Part shown: positions 36,126 through 45,580 of the stretch, piece by piece
Position numbering within the stretch: position 1 is the first letter of the stretch
Layout of the letters: each line of letters begins with the position of its first letter
Assembly (NCBI GenBank): GCA_002327315.1
Contig: DCVI01000150.1
Span: 2,114 to 66,113, forward strand
Length of the DNA stretch: 64,000 bases
Reading direction: 5' to 3'
Source: Syntrophaceae bacterium UBA2192
GTDB lineage: Bacteria > Desulfobacterota > Syntrophia > Syntrophales > UBA2192
Translations under genes and position numbers: made by a program
Notes under the pieces: model-generated
Told to the model about the DNA's origin: nothing
Seen by the model: the letters and a program-made list of their open reading frames with translations, nothing else
Databases searched by the model: none

Positions 36126-36584
36126 TCATGCACCTGTCAACGGTCCGCCTCTTTTCTTAAATTGCGGGCAGATCTCCGACGAACCGGGCTCGAATTCGCG
36201 GCAGACCCGGGGCCGCGTCTCATAGATCGTACAGGCAAAGGAACCTTCCCGGAAGTCCAGAAACGGGCAGTCGTGGATGGTCATGCCCGTGGTGACGGAC
36301 ACGAAGTGATCGCCCACCCAGCGCGCGTCTCGGTATCTTTGCAGGATGTCGTCTCGGCCTTCGCACCTCCAGCGCTCGAGGTCCTCGGCGTCGGCATCGG
36401 CGATCATGTCGGCCATGCAGCACGTCCCGCAGCGCAGGCAGGGGATGTGTGGGTTGTCGGTCAATGAATCCTCCGGGCTTGACGGGGGGATGCGGATCTT
36501 GATATGGCGTGAAAAGGTATTTGCCGTACATTTCCTATACACCCGCACCTCGCCGTGACGAAAGGAAAAAGGTCGCCGCCGCAA
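36126..36584 (-). CDS. YkgJ-family (UPF0153) cysteine-cluster protein
   Basis: CLRCGTCC motif and a second cluster CPFL...CTIYETRPRVCREF. The start is uncertain. Confidence 0.6.
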   Translation of the reverse strand: MRRRPFSFRHGEVRVYRKCTANTFSRHIKIRIPPSSPEDSLTDNPHIPCLRCGTCCMADMIADADAEDLERWRCEGRDDILQRYRDARWVGDHFVSVTTGMTIHDCPFLDFREGSFACTIYETRPRVCREFEPGSSEICPQFKKRGGPLTGA

Positions 36585-37492
36585 TGCCCTCCCTTCACGA
36601 CACCCGCCATTACCACCTCCACCACCCCATCGATCTCATGACGGAATTCACCATCTGCGAGTCCCTGGGCCATCCCCGGTCACCTTATCTCCCTGCGCTG
36701 GCGATGGAGAGAACCTACGGTGCAGTCCTGGGCGATCGCCTGCGGGAGAAAGGACTTCTCCGGCAGGGGTGCCGCCTCTGCGAGATCGGCGGCGGGTATG
36801 GAAGCCTCATGCGGGGACTTGTGGAAGCCCACGGGGATCTCGTGGAACGGGTGGTCATGGTGGATCTTTCCCGGGCCCTTCTCGGGAGGCAGCAGCGCGC
36901 ACTCAATCCCTGGATAGACCGTGTGAGATTCGTCCTGGGCGATGCCCTCGAAGTCCTGCCGGCCATTTCCGGCGTGGATCTTTTCCTGATCAACGAGATG
37001 ATCGGCGACCTGCCGGTCTGGACGGACTTCCACCCGAGAGGTCTTCCTCCCGAAGCGGCGGCCCTTATCGAACGCTACCGGCTGGCCATCCCGGAAGACG
37101 GGTTATTCCATTTCAACATCGGGGCGATACGGCTCGTCGAGGCTGTCTGCCTAAAGAACATCCCGGCATTTATCTCGGAGCATGCAAGCGATCCCATCAT
37201 CCCCCGGGAAATGCCTTTTCTCGTGAAGGGTCTCGCAACGGGCGGCTGGCCCCGGGAGATCCGGCTTACGGCCCACTCGGAATACACCATCCGGTTTTCC
37301 CATCTCGAACAGGTTGCCCGCGCCCTGGGCCGGAAGGTCGAGACGGGGAGCCTCCTCGAGTTCATCGGGTATACCAACGTGGAGAAGGCCCGCTTCATCT
37401 TCAACGCCCGGGCGTGCGCCACGGACGAGCAGGCACTCGTGTTCGAATTTCTGGATCATGTGAGGGAATACCGCTGGCTCATCATCAGTTAG
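36584..37492 (+). CDS. class I SAM-dependent methyltransferase
   Basis: Motif I LCEIGGGYGSL, an acidic loop VVMVDLS and post-I GDALE. The start is uncertain (36584 or 36638); the track start at 36509 overlaps the divergent gene. Confidence 0.6.
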   Translation: MPSLHDTRHYHLHHPIDLMTEFTICESLGHPRSPYLPALAMERTYGAVLGDRLREKGLLRQGCRLCEIGGGYGSLMRGLVEAHGDLVERVVMVDLSRALLGRQQRALNPWIDRVRFVLGDALEVLPAISGVDLFLINEMIGDLPVWTDFHPRGLPPEAAALIERYRLAIPEDGLFHFNIGAIRLVEAVCLKNIPAFISEHASDPIIPREMPFLVKGLATGGWPREIRLTAHSEYTIRFSHLEQVARALGRKVETGSLLEFIGYTNVEKARFIFNARACATDEQALVFEFLDHVREYRWLIIS

Positions 37493-37612
37493 GCTGTTGA
37501 AAAACGCCCATCTGCGGCGTTCCCTCATCCCTCGTCGCTCGACGTACACCCAAAGTAAGCCTGCGCTCCTCGGGATTTCGGAGGCCTTGCATCTGGGCAT
37601 TTTTGAACAGCC
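37492..37612. mobile_element. 121-bp MITE-like element with imperfect terminal inverted repeats (family C)
   Basis: GGCTGTTGAAAAACGCCCATCTGC ... GCATCTGGGCATTTTTGAACAGCC. A partial copy of one end lies at about 54345-54392. Confidence 0.6.
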
Positions 37613-37717
37613 TAATAAGGCGCTCCCGTTGGGTAACCTGCGTTTGTAACCAGCAGGAAGTCTCGTGTTGAGCGTTCTAGGATTAGACGAAATACAAGAA
37701 GAGAGGTTGAGGGAGTA

Positions 37718-39091
37718 TCAGACTTTGATGCCGTATTTTTCGATGCGGTAGATCATGGTGGGGCGCGACATGCCCAGAAGCTTTGCCGCCTTGGCCCTGT
37801 TCCCGCCACTGCGCTCCAGGGCCTGGACAATGAGATCCCGGTCCAGCTCGTCGAGGATGAGGCCTTCCGGCGGGATCTTCCACGTCGTACTGTCCGTCTC
37901 GCCGGAAAGTGGGGCCGCTTTCGTCAGGAAGTCCAGATGGCCCTTCGTGATCTCGGGCCCCTCCTCCATCAGCATGACCCGCTCAATGGCGTTGCGAAGC
38001 TCCCGGACATTGCCCGTCCAGGGGTGCTCCATGAGAAGGCGTCCGGCATCATCCGTGACTTTCTGGAAATTCTTCCGGAATCGCTGGTTGAACTTGTCCA
38101 TGAAAAAAAGAGTGAGCGCCGCGATGTCCTCCTTGCGCTCCCTCAGGGGCGGGATGGTGATCCGGGCGACGTTGAGGCGGTAATAGAGATCCTCGCGGAA
38201 GGAGCCTTCCCGGATGCACTCTTCGAGGCTCTTGTTCGTGGCGGCGATGATCCGCACGTCGACGTGCTTCTTCTCGGAGCCGCCCACGGGGTAGAAGGCC
38301 TTTTCCTCCAGAAAGGTCAGCAGCTTGACCTGTGCCGCAGGCAGAAGCTCGCTGATCTCGTCGAGGAGCACCGTGCCCCCGTTTGCCGCCTCGAACTTCC
38401 CCTTCTTCCCCTCCTGGAGCCCGCCGGTGAAGGTGCCCTTTTCGTAGCCGAAGAGCTCGCTCTCCACGAGGTCCTTGCTGATGGCCCCGCAGTTGATGCT
38501 CACGAAGGGCTTGTCGAAGCGGTCGCTGCGATGGTGGATGAGACGCGCGATGACCTCCTTGCCCGTGCCCGTTTTCCCCTCGATGAGGACCGTCGTGTCG
38601 TAGCTTCGGGCGATGGTGTCGGCCAGCCGCAGGGCGAGCTTCATGGTCGGGCTCTGGGCGACGATGTTCTCGAGGTTGTAGTCCTTGACGAATTGTTTCC
38701 GGAGCTCTTCCACCTCCCGCTTGAGCTTGAGGGTCTCCAATGAGCGCTCGATGATGAGATCGAGTTCCTCGATGTCGAGGGGCTTCACCAGGTAGTCGAA
38801 AGCGCCCAGCTTCATGGAGCTGATGACGGACTTCACGTCCTCGTAGGCCGTCATCATGATCACCACGGCTTCCCCGTTGAGCTGCCGGATGCGGCGGAGG
38901 GTCTCGATGCCGTTGATGCCCGGCAGGCGGATGTCCAGCAGGACGAGGTCAAAATTGTGCGACGGGATCAGCCGCAGGGCCTCCTCACCGCTTCCGGCGA
39001 TCCGCGTGTCGTATTTCTCCGACAGGATCGTGTCCAGGGAGTTTTGAAGAAGCTTGTCGTCATCGACGATGAGGATCTTATACCGGTACAT
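37718..39091 (-). CDS. sigma-54-dependent response regulator (NtrC family)
   Basis: Receiver domain (ILIVDDD, LVLLDIRLP). AAA+ domain (GKTGTGKE, GTFTGG loop, canonical VLLDEISEL). Fis-type HTH (AKAAKLLGMSRPTMIYRIEKYGI). Confidence 0.9.
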   Translation of the reverse strand: MYRYKILIVDDDKLLQNSLDTILSEKYDTRIAGSGEEALRLIPSHNFDLVLLDIRLPGINGIETLRRIRQLNGEAVVIMMTAYEDVKSVISSMKLGAFDYLVKPLDIEELDLIIERSLETLKLKREVEELRKQFVKDYNLENIVAQSPTMKLALRLADTIARSYDTTVLIEGKTGTGKEVIARLIHHRSDRFDKPFVSINCGAISKDLVESELFGYEKGTFTGGLQEGKKGKFEAANGGTVLLDEISELLPAAQVKLLTFLEEKAFYPVGGSEKKHVDVRIIAATNKSLEECIREGSFREDLYYRLNVARITIPPLRERKEDIAALTLFFMDKFNQRFRKNFQKVTDDAGRLLMEHPWTGNVRELRNAIERVMLMEEGPEITKGHLDFLTKAAPLSGETDSTTWKIPPEGLILDELDRDLIVQALERSGGNRAKAAKLLGMSRPTMIYRIEKYGIKV

Positions 39092-40757
39092 GGCCCCTCC
39101 CGTCGTCGATGGGGAACCGCAGCGTGAACGTCGTTCCCTGCCCTTCACGGCTTTTGACCTCGATCACGGCGCGGTGCTGCTCCAGGATCTTGTGGGCGAT
39201 CGAGAGCCCCAGCCCCGTCCCCTCGGGTTTGGTCGTGAAGAAGGGGTCGAAGATCTTCGAGAAATCATCCTTCGGAATCCCGACACCGCTGTCGCTGATG
39301 GTGACACAGAGCTGCCGGCGCGGTTTTTTCGCATCCCGCTCGATGCGGCTCTCCACCCGGACGGTGCCTCCCTTCGGCATGGCCTGCATGGCGTTGAGCA
39401 GGATGTTGACGAAGACCTGGTGGATCTGCTGGTTGTCGAAGACGATGTCGGGGGCGTCCTGTACGAGGGACAGCAGCACGCGGATTTCGTGCTTCCGGAA
39501 CTGGGACTCCAGCAGGGAGACGGCATCCTCGATGCACTGGCGGATGGAGTCGCTCTTCAGCTTCGGGGGGGCCGGCCGGCAGAAATCCAGCATGCCCTTG
39601 ACGAGATCCTTGATCCTGTCGACTCCGGTCAGCGTGTCGTCGATGATCCTTCGGGTCTTTTCGTCCGGGTCGAGCTGCCTGGCGAGGAACTGGACGTTGA
39701 AATTGATGCTGGCCAGGGGGTTGCGGATCTCGTGGGCGATGCCGGCCGAAAGCTGTCCCAGCGATGTGAGCCGGTCCATCCGCCTCATCCACTCCTCCGA
39801 TCGCTTGGCCTCCGTGAGATCGCGGGCAATCAATACGGCACCCAGTATGGTCCCGTCCCGGCTCTTAAGCTGGGAGGAGCTGACGCCGAGGACGGCCCTG
39901 CCCCCCTGCTTTCGCCTGATGATGAGCTCCCTGCTTTCCGTGATCTGGCCGTTGATGGCCTCCCGGATGATCGCGGCGACGGGTCCCTCGAAGACCTCCG
40001 AGGCGGCCCTGCCCTGCACCTGCTCCTTTTCCAGTCCGAAGAAGTCCCCCGTCATCTCGTTGATGGTGCGGATCGTTTCGTCGCAGTTCACGACAAAGAT
40101 GCAGTTCGGCGAGCTCTCCACGACATTTTCCGCGAAGTTGCGCTCGTTGACGAGCTGCTCGTAGAGGCGCGTGTTTTCGATGATGATGCTTGCCTGGTTG
40201 GCGAAGATGGACAGGTGCTGGATGTCCTCCTCGGTGAGGACCAGGGGGTACCCGCCCCGGTCCGCCTCGATAAGGCCGATGACGGACTCCCTTAAATGCA
40301 GGGGAACGGCGATGGTGGCAAAACGGTTCTGTTTTGCGCTGACCTTCCGGTCCAGATAGGTCACCCGGCTGTCGGCATCGTAGTCCCGGATATAAACGGT
40401 CTGGCCGGTCTTGACCACCAGGGTTTCGATGCACTCGTGGCGCACCAGATGAAAGGGGCGCTGAAAGGCAATCTCCATCTCCTCGGGCGTGAAGCCGATC
40501 TCATACTTGCACTCGAGTAGCTTGCGGTCCTTGTTGACCAGGTAGATTGCCACGCGGTCATAACCGAAGACATGCGCGGTTTCCTCGACGATGGCGGTCA
40601 GGACGGTGTCAAGGGCTACAGGTCGGGTGAGCAGGCTGCTGATCTTGTGGACGGAGGAGAGGAGCCGGTCCTTTGCATGAAGATCGCCCTGATACTCCTG
40701 GGGCTTCCAGGACGATGTCTCCTGATTATTTTTTGAAGTTTCGGATGTACGGCTCAT
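39078..40757 (-). CDS. GAF-like/PAS sensor histidine kinase
   Basis: H-box SAGIAHEIRNPL, N-box NILLNAMQAM and G-boxes DSGVGIP and GTGLGLSI. It overlaps the RR gene by 14 bp. The alternative TTG start is at 40787. Confidence 0.85.
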   Translation of the reverse strand: MSRTSETSKNNQETSSWKPQEYQGDLHAKDRLLSSVHKISSLLTRPVALDTVLTAIVEETAHVFGYDRVAIYLVNKDRKLLECKYEIGFTPEEMEIAFQRPFHLVRHECIETLVVKTGQTVYIRDYDADSRVTYLDRKVSAKQNRFATIAVPLHLRESVIGLIEADRGGYPLVLTEEDIQHLSIFANQASIIIENTRLYEQLVNERNFAENVVESSPNCIFVVNCDETIRTINEMTGDFFGLEKEQVQGRAASEVFEGPVAAIIREAINGQITESRELIIRRKQGGRAVLGVSSSQLKSRDGTILGAVLIARDLTEAKRSEEWMRRMDRLTSLGQLSAGIAHEIRNPLASINFNVQFLARQLDPDEKTRRIIDDTLTGVDRIKDLVKGMLDFCRPAPPKLKSDSIRQCIEDAVSLLESQFRKHEIRVLLSLVQDAPDIVFDNQQIHQVFVNILLNAMQAMPKGGTVRVESRIERDAKKPRRQLCVTISDSGVGIPKDDFSKIFDPFFTTKPEGTGLGLSIAHKILEQHRAVIEVKSREGQGTTFTLRFPIDDGRGHVPV

Positions 40758-41012
40758 GAGTGCCTTGGGGCCGTGGGTTCCCGGCAATGCGAAGAAATAA
40801 TACGCTTTTTACCGCATTGTGCAAGGGTTTTCTGGTCCGGGTATCCCTGTGCAGGTCACTGAGAAGTGCTGTGATCCGATGGCAGGTGCGTGCCTGGAGG
40901 GGTGAGGCGATTGCGACTTCAGCGGCCCCTTCAAGGGGGTGTCCGGGGCTCTTGGTGGCGCTCCCCCAACCGCCGGCCCCTCCGTAAAAATGCTCTTAAA
41001 GTGGAGATTCTT

Positions 41013-41135
41013 TCAGTGGATCTCCCCATCCTGGATCATCCGCTCGAGTTGGGCCATGGCCTTCCTCATATCTTCCAGGTATTTTTCCAGCTCCCTTTGT
41101 TTTTGAACTCTTCTCGCCGCTTCGTAAAAGCTCAT
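41013..41135 (-). CDS. small helical protein (40 aa)
   Basis: Strong RBS (AGGAGGAAACC-ATG). MSFYEAARRVQKQRELEKYLEDMRKAMAQLERMIQDGEIH. Confidence 0.4.
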   Translation of the reverse strand: MSFYEAARRVQKQRELEKYLEDMRKAMAQLERMIQDGEIH

Positions 41136-41217
41136 GGTTTCCTCCTGCTTTGCCGCATTGCCTCCCGTCGCTCCGCGGAGAGTTTTCCGCCCCGCAGTTA
41201 TTGCTCCGGGCCTGCCC

Positions 41218-41433
41218 TCAGCGAATGGGAAGCGAGGCAAAAAGCCCGTTCAGGGTGTATATGGCTACAGCCTGGATATCCTTGTCCCTTTCGACCTCGT
41301 CGAGCAGGGCGTCGATCTCGTCGTAGACTTCGCCTACATTTTGTACCTTCGCGGTGATGATCCCGAGATGGCCCCTCTTTTCATAACGGACGAACCGGCC
41401 GGCTGCCTTCCGTAACCCCTCCGGCGGGAACAA
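41218..41433 (-). CDS. small ORF (71 aa, TTG start), possibly the C-terminal half of a frameshifted gene
   Basis: The coding-looking sequence GHLGIITAKVQNVGEVYDEIDALLDEVERDKDIQAVAIY has no ATG. It overlaps ORF 41381-41560. Confidence 0.35.
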   Translation of the reverse strand: MFPPEGLRKAAGRFVRYEKRGHLGIITAKVQNVGEVYDEIDALLDEVERDKDIQAVAIYTLNGLFASLPIR

Positions 41434-41560
41434 AGATTCTTCCCGGGATGGGATCGGCTACCATGACTTCGGCCACGCGGGCTCTCGTCTGTCCAAGGCA
41501 AGCTTTTGTCGGGTCGTTCACGAGTTGAAGGATTATCGAGGGTTTGTTCGGCGCTTTCAT
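41381..41560 (-). CDS. small ORF (59 aa, below the track threshold), possibly the N-terminal half of a frameshifted gene
   Basis: AAAGGGGG RBS before ATG 41560. MKAPNKPSIILQLVNDPTKACLGQTRARVAEVMVADPIPGRIF... Confidence 0.3.
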   Translation of the reverse strand: MKAPNKPSIILQLVNDPTKACLGQTRARVAEVMVADPIPGRIFVPAGGVTEGSRPVRPL

Positions 41561-41775
41561 GATGCCGCCCCCTTTCGCGTTATTCTATTCAACCCCAGAT
41601 AGAGCAATCGCCGTGCCTGGATGGACAATATTGTAACATGCTGAAATAACTAATAATTATTGTTGTGCTCCTCGCGCGCCAGCCGTGGAAAATGAAGCAC
41701 ATCCTTTGTTTGGAGGAGGGTCCGAAGAGAAGGCAGGGGAAATATGTTATAAATCGGCAAGTTACGGCGATGCAA

Positions 41776-41801
41776 CATTTGCTTCACCTGCGAAGCAAAT
41801 G
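41776..41801 (+). promoter_or_regulatory. 10-bp perfect inverted repeat with an overlapping alternative hairpin
   Basis: CATTTGCTTC-acctgc-GAAGCAAATG. Its 3' arm also forms GAAGCA-aa-TGCTTC with the following bases. Confidence 0.4.
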
Positions 41802-41908
41802 CTTCGCCTTTGTAACCCCTGTCCAGAGCCGGGGGGATGTGGTATGGGAAAAACAGGCTCAAGGCTAAAGGCTAAAGGCGGGGAGAAGGCATCTCTTCTT
41901 TAAATACG

Positions 41909-42232
41909 ATGAAGTATGCTGATGGAGAGGAATATCCAGTGCAGAGAATGGAGGTTCTGGAGAGGCAGATCGCTGCCATCGGAGCGTTAACGGGGAAATC
42001 TGTTGCGTCGGGGGAATTTGGCCAGTGGCGAAGACAGACGGAGGATATCCTCAAGGTCTTTTTTGGGGAAAATTCCGCCGAGGTCCAGGAATTCAACGCG
42101 ATCTACTACACGCCCGTCTTTCTCACCTGCCGCATGGGCGACGAGGCCTTTGACGAGGCGTTTCGCGGCGGCCTTGCAGAAGCCCGCCTTTTTCTTCAGT
42201 CGTTAATGGAAAAAATCAGGCGGCCCGATTGA
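41909..42232 (+). CDS. hypothetical protein (107 aa)
   Basis: ORF in a locally AT-rich patch. No motif recognised and no clear RBS. Confidence 0.4.
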   Translation: MKYADGEEYPVQRMEVLERQIAAIGALTGKSVASGEFGQWRRQTEDILKVFFGENSAEVQEFNAIYYTPVFLTCRMGDEAFDEAFRGGLAEARLFLQSLMEKIRRPD

Positions 42233-43163
42233 CGGTCTTCCGGCGAAAGGACACCCATAGCGTGAGAAGCCGGGTGGCCGCCATGGCTGTGATCAGCCTC
42301 GGCACCCAGAGCCACAAGGCGCTGATTCCGAAGGGCATGAACAGGAAGGGGTCCTCGACCATGGAGTGGTTGATCCCGATGGAGAGCTGAAGCTCCTCGA
42401 GTTCCTCCCGCGAGATGTGTCCCTGCCGCGCCTCCTCGACGATCACCGCCCCGCCATAGGTCAGACCGAAGACAACGGCCGTCATCCAGAGGATCCCCAC
42501 CTTCTCGCTCAGCCCCAGGATTCTCAGGAAGGGCGACAGGGCCTTCACGACGGGCATGACCCAGTCCATGCTCTTGGCGATCTCGAGGAGCGTGAGGATT
42601 GTCATGATGATGAAAAAGACCTTCACGGACAGGTCCAGCGTCGAGACCCCCCAGTCGGCCACCATCAGCTGAAAAGACTGCGCGGAGGCACCCAGGGCGC
42701 CCGCCTGCATCGCGGCGGCGGGATCGGTCTTGATGAAAAAAGTCATGGCATAAACGGTGATCACGGCGGCGGCAATCCGGAACAGGGTTGCCTTGACGGG
42801 GTTGAGACCGGATTTGGCCTGGATGACCCCTTCCTGGATGAGGTTGTGGCTGATGAGCAGGAAGTTGGCCAGCAGCGTCATCTCCGCGACGGTGAAGGGC
42901 AGAACCGCCATGGCCGCAATACCGCCGTAGATGCCCGTGAGCGCCCCGATCACGATGGGAAGGGTCGCCATGGACGGCAGACCCATGAACCCCATGAGGG
43001 GCGCAAGCAGAAAATCAATCCTGCCGAGCCAGCCGGTCCAGGCGAGCACGGCCGTCAGAAAAGACATGGGGATGACGATCTTCATGAGCCAGAGAAACGC
43101 GCTCCACCCCCGCTTCAATCCGTTGAGAAACCCTTCCTTGAGCTTATACCGAGTATCGTTCAC
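42216..43163 (-). CDS. nucleoside-recognition (Gate) domain membrane protein
   Basis: A polytopic membrane protein with two Gate-like halves (LAPLMGFMGLP...; ALSPFLRILGLSEK...). Confidence 0.7.
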   Translation of the reverse strand: MNDTRYKLKEGFLNGLKRGWSAFLWLMKIVIPMSFLTAVLAWTGWLGRIDFLLAPLMGFMGLPSMATLPIVIGALTGIYGGIAAMAVLPFTVAEMTLLANFLLISHNLIQEGVIQAKSGLNPVKATLFRIAAAVITVYAMTFFIKTDPAAAMQAGALGASAQSFQLMVADWGVSTLDLSVKVFFIIMTILTLLEIAKSMDWVMPVVKALSPFLRILGLSEKVGILWMTAVVFGLTYGGAVIVEEARQGHISREELEELQLSIGINHSMVEDPFLFMPFGISALWLWVPRLITAMAATRLLTLWVSFRRKTVNRAA

Positions 43164-43636
43164 GACAGCTTGATGATCCCTTTCAGCCCCCGCTCGATTT
43201 CATCGCCCGACTGGACACCGACCATCCTCTTGAGGAGTTTTCCCTCGCGGAACAGCAGCAGCGTGGGGACTCCTTGAATGCCGTACTGCGCAGACACGAC
43301 GGGATTCACGGTGGTGTTGAGACGCGCGATGAGGGCGGCCCCCTCGAATTTGACGGCAAGCTGATCGATGACCGGAGACAGCATCCGGCAATAAGGACAG
43401 CTCGGTGAGTAAAAGAAGACCAGGACAGGCTCCGCCGCAGCCAGAACATCCCGGGCGAAGGTCCCGTCGGCCGTTTCCAGCGGCCTGATCGCAAAGGCCT
43501 CCAAAGATAGCGGTGCGTGGCACTGCCCGCAGCTCGGCCGGTCATGGATGCGCGACCGGGGGACGCGGTTTTTCGTCCCGCAGCGCAGGCACTCGATGAT
43601 TACCGTTTCCTGATCCATGGCTTTTTTGAACTTCAT
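43160..43636 (-). CDS. thioredoxin with an N-terminal zinc-finger (Trx2/TrxC-like), SCPYC active site
   Basis: CLRCGTKNRV...CGQCHAPL zinc ribbon. Thioredoxin fold with FYSPSCPYCRML and GIQGVPTLLLF. Confidence 0.85.
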   Translation of the reverse strand: MKFKKAMDQETVIIECLRCGTKNRVPRSRIHDRPSCGQCHAPLSLEAFAIRPLETADGTFARDVLAAAEPVLVFFYSPSCPYCRMLSPVIDQLAVKFEGAALIARLNTTVNPVVSAQYGIQGVPTLLLFREGKLLKRMVGVQSGDEIERGLKGIIKLS

Positions 43637-43678
43637 CGGTACGCCCGGTCTACCTTCTTTACAGCGTATAAGGGTCAC

Positions 43679-43773
43679 GAAGGTGAGAGGGTAAGAAGGT
43701 TGGATAAGCCTGCGGTATCCGCTTGGTCTCCGCCCCTCCAACCTTCATATCTTCTTACCTTCTCAACTTCTCA
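43679..43773. repeat. long imperfect purine/pyrimidine-arm hairpin
   Basis: GAAGGTGAGAGGGTAAGAAGGTTGG ... CCAACCTTCATATCTTCTTACCTTCTCAACTTCTC. Confidence 0.6.
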
Positions 43774-43777
43774 TTTT

Positions 43778-44260
43778 TCAGCGTGCCACCCTTACCGGCG
43801 TCGCTTGCAGAATCCGCACGAGCTCCGCGGGTGTCATCTCCACGAGGAGCCCCTTGCGGCCCGCGTTGATGTAGATAACGGGAAGACGCAGGATCGTTTC
43901 CTCCACGTAGACTGGCAAGGCCTTCTTCGTGCCGAAGGGCGACGTCCCCCCCACGATGTAGCCTGTGTGGCGGTTGGCCGCGGCCGGCTCGCAGGGTTGA
44001 ACCGTCTTCACGCCGAGGACGCGCGCGAGCTCCTTCGTGGAGACCTCCCTGTCGCCGTGCATGAGGACGATGAAGGGTGCCTTTTTCTCGTCTTCCATGA
44101 CAAGCGTCTTTACGGTGAGGTGCTCGTCGACGCCGAGCTCCCTCGCGGCCACCTCCGTGCCGCCCCTCTCTTCGTACTTGTAGGGTCGCGGGACGAAGTC
44201 GACCTGCTTGTCCTTGAGGACCCGGATGGCCGGCGTTGCCGGGAGATGATCCTTGCTCAT
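43778..44260 (-). CDS. ybaK: Cys-tRNA(Pro)/Cys-tRNA(Cys) deacylase YbaK
   Basis: Overall YbaK/EbsC pattern including KTLVM and GYIVGGTSPFG. Confidence 0.85.
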   Translation of the reverse strand: MSKDHLPATPAIRVLKDKQVDFVPRPYKYEERGGTEVAARELGVDEHLTVKTLVMEDEKKAPFIVLMHGDREVSTKELARVLGVKTVQPCEPAAANRHTGYIVGGTSPFGTKKALPVYVEETILRLPVIYINAGRKGLLVEMTPAELVRILQATPVRVAR

Positions 44261-44368
44261 GGGCTGCCCCGGTGCATCGAAAACTCCGAAATCTCCAAAT
44301 CACTTAACACGTTTCAGGGCGGTTTTGCCATCGCTGAATCGCTGTGCATGCGCCAAGGGATGCGATAA

Positions 44369-44495
44369 ATCACCCTCACCTCGATCCTCTCCTGGAAAAG
44401 GAACGGGATCCTTCCCCCTCCTCCACTTCCTCCTCCCACCAGGGGAGGAGAACAGAGGAAAAGGTCTCCATAGGGAGAGGAAGATCAAGGAAGGG
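44369..44495 (+). repeat. family-B ~130-bp MITE/REP-like element
   Basis: ATCACCCTCACCTCGATCCTCTCC ... CCTCCTCCCACCAGGGGAGGAG ... CATAGGGAGAGGAAGATCAAGG. Confidence 0.7.
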
Positions 44496-45576
44496 GTTTT
44501 TTACAGGACGGGAGCGCCTTCAGGATCTTCTTCTCGAGCCTTGAGACGGCAAGGCGGGAAATACCCGTTATCCCGACCCAGCGCAATTGCACATCGCCCC
44601 CGGAATCAGGGATGGCCCCCCGGATCCTGCAGGGAAAGACGTGCACGGTAACGGAGAAGTGGGAATATCCGTGTTCGACGGAGAACATTTCCCTGCCGGG
44701 GATTGCCTTCAGGGCCAATTCCTCCCGCAGCGACCTGCGCAGGCCTGCGGAAGGTGCATCCCCTTCCTTGAGGAAGCCCCCCGGAAAACTCCAGAGACCC
44801 CCGAGAAGCCCCCTCCCCGGCCTCTTGACGAGGAGGATCTCCCCCCGGTCATTGCGAATCACCGCAACGGCGGCCTCGCGGTGAGGGACTGCGGCCGCCT
44901 TCTTTTTTGCGGGAATCGATTCCTGATTCCCTTTCTTTCGGGCCCTGCACGCCGCGGCCAGGGGGCAGGCCGGGCAGGCGGGGCTCCGGGGCGTGCAGAT
45001 GCCGGAGCCGAGATCCATGAGGGCCTGGTTGTAATGGCCGGGCTCGCTCGCCGGGACGAGCCTCTCCGCGATTGCCCCGATCCGGTTTTTTGCCGTGCTC
45101 CCGTCGACGGGGTCCTCGATCGCGAAGAGTCGGGCGATGACGCGGATCACATTGCCGTCGACGGCCGCAAAGCGCCTTCCGAAAGCGATGCTCAGGATCG
45201 CCCCGGCGGTGTAGGCGCCCACGCCGGGCAGTTTCCGAAGATCCTCCATCTCTTCGGGGATCGTCCCGCCGAATTTTTTCACGACGACGCCGGCCGCCTC
45301 ATGGAGCTGTCGGGCGCGGGAATAGTAGCCGAGGCCTTCCCAGGCCTTGAGGACGTCGTCCACGCGGGCCCGGGCGAGCGCCCTCACGTCGGGAAACCTC
45401 TTCAGGAACCGCTCATAGTAGGGGATGACCGTGTCGACCCGGGTCTGCTGGAGCAGGACCTCGGCCACCCAGGTCCTGTAAGGGTCTCTCGTCTTCCGCC
45501 AGGGAAGATCTCTTTTATTCTTCTTGTACCAGTCGAGAAGCAGGCGGGGGATTTCCGTGTCGCGGTTGCTTGGCAT
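44485..45576 (-). CDS. mutY: A/G-specific adenine DNA glycosylase MutY
   Basis: LPWR...DPYRTWVAEVLLQQT, HhH LPGVGAYTAGAI, four-Cys cluster CTPRSPACPACPLAAAC and a C-terminal Nudix-like domain. Confidence 0.9.
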   Translation of the reverse strand: MPSNRDTEIPRLLLDWYKKNKRDLPWRKTRDPYRTWVAEVLLQQTRVDTVIPYYERFLKRFPDVRALARARVDDVLKAWEGLGYYSRARQLHEAAGVVVKKFGGTIPEEMEDLRKLPGVGAYTAGAILSIAFGRRFAAVDGNVIRVIARLFAIEDPVDGSTAKNRIGAIAERLVPASEPGHYNQALMDLGSGICTPRSPACPACPLAAACRARKKGNQESIPAKKKAAAVPHREAAVAVIRNDRGEILLVKRPGRGLLGGLWSFPGGFLKEGDAPSAGLRRSLREELALKAIPGREMFSVEHGYSHFSVTVHVFPCRIRGAIPDSGGDVQLRWVGITGISRLAVSRLEKKILKALPSCKKPLP

Positions 45577-45580
45577 GACG

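Noticed and set aside
41381-41383. TGA ending ORF A considered as a fifth selenocysteine codon
   Set aside because: Read-through gives Arg-rich nonsense (KEGPSRDHHREGTKCRRSLRRDRR...) and there is no Cys-motif context. A frameshift or two separate ORFs is more plausible.
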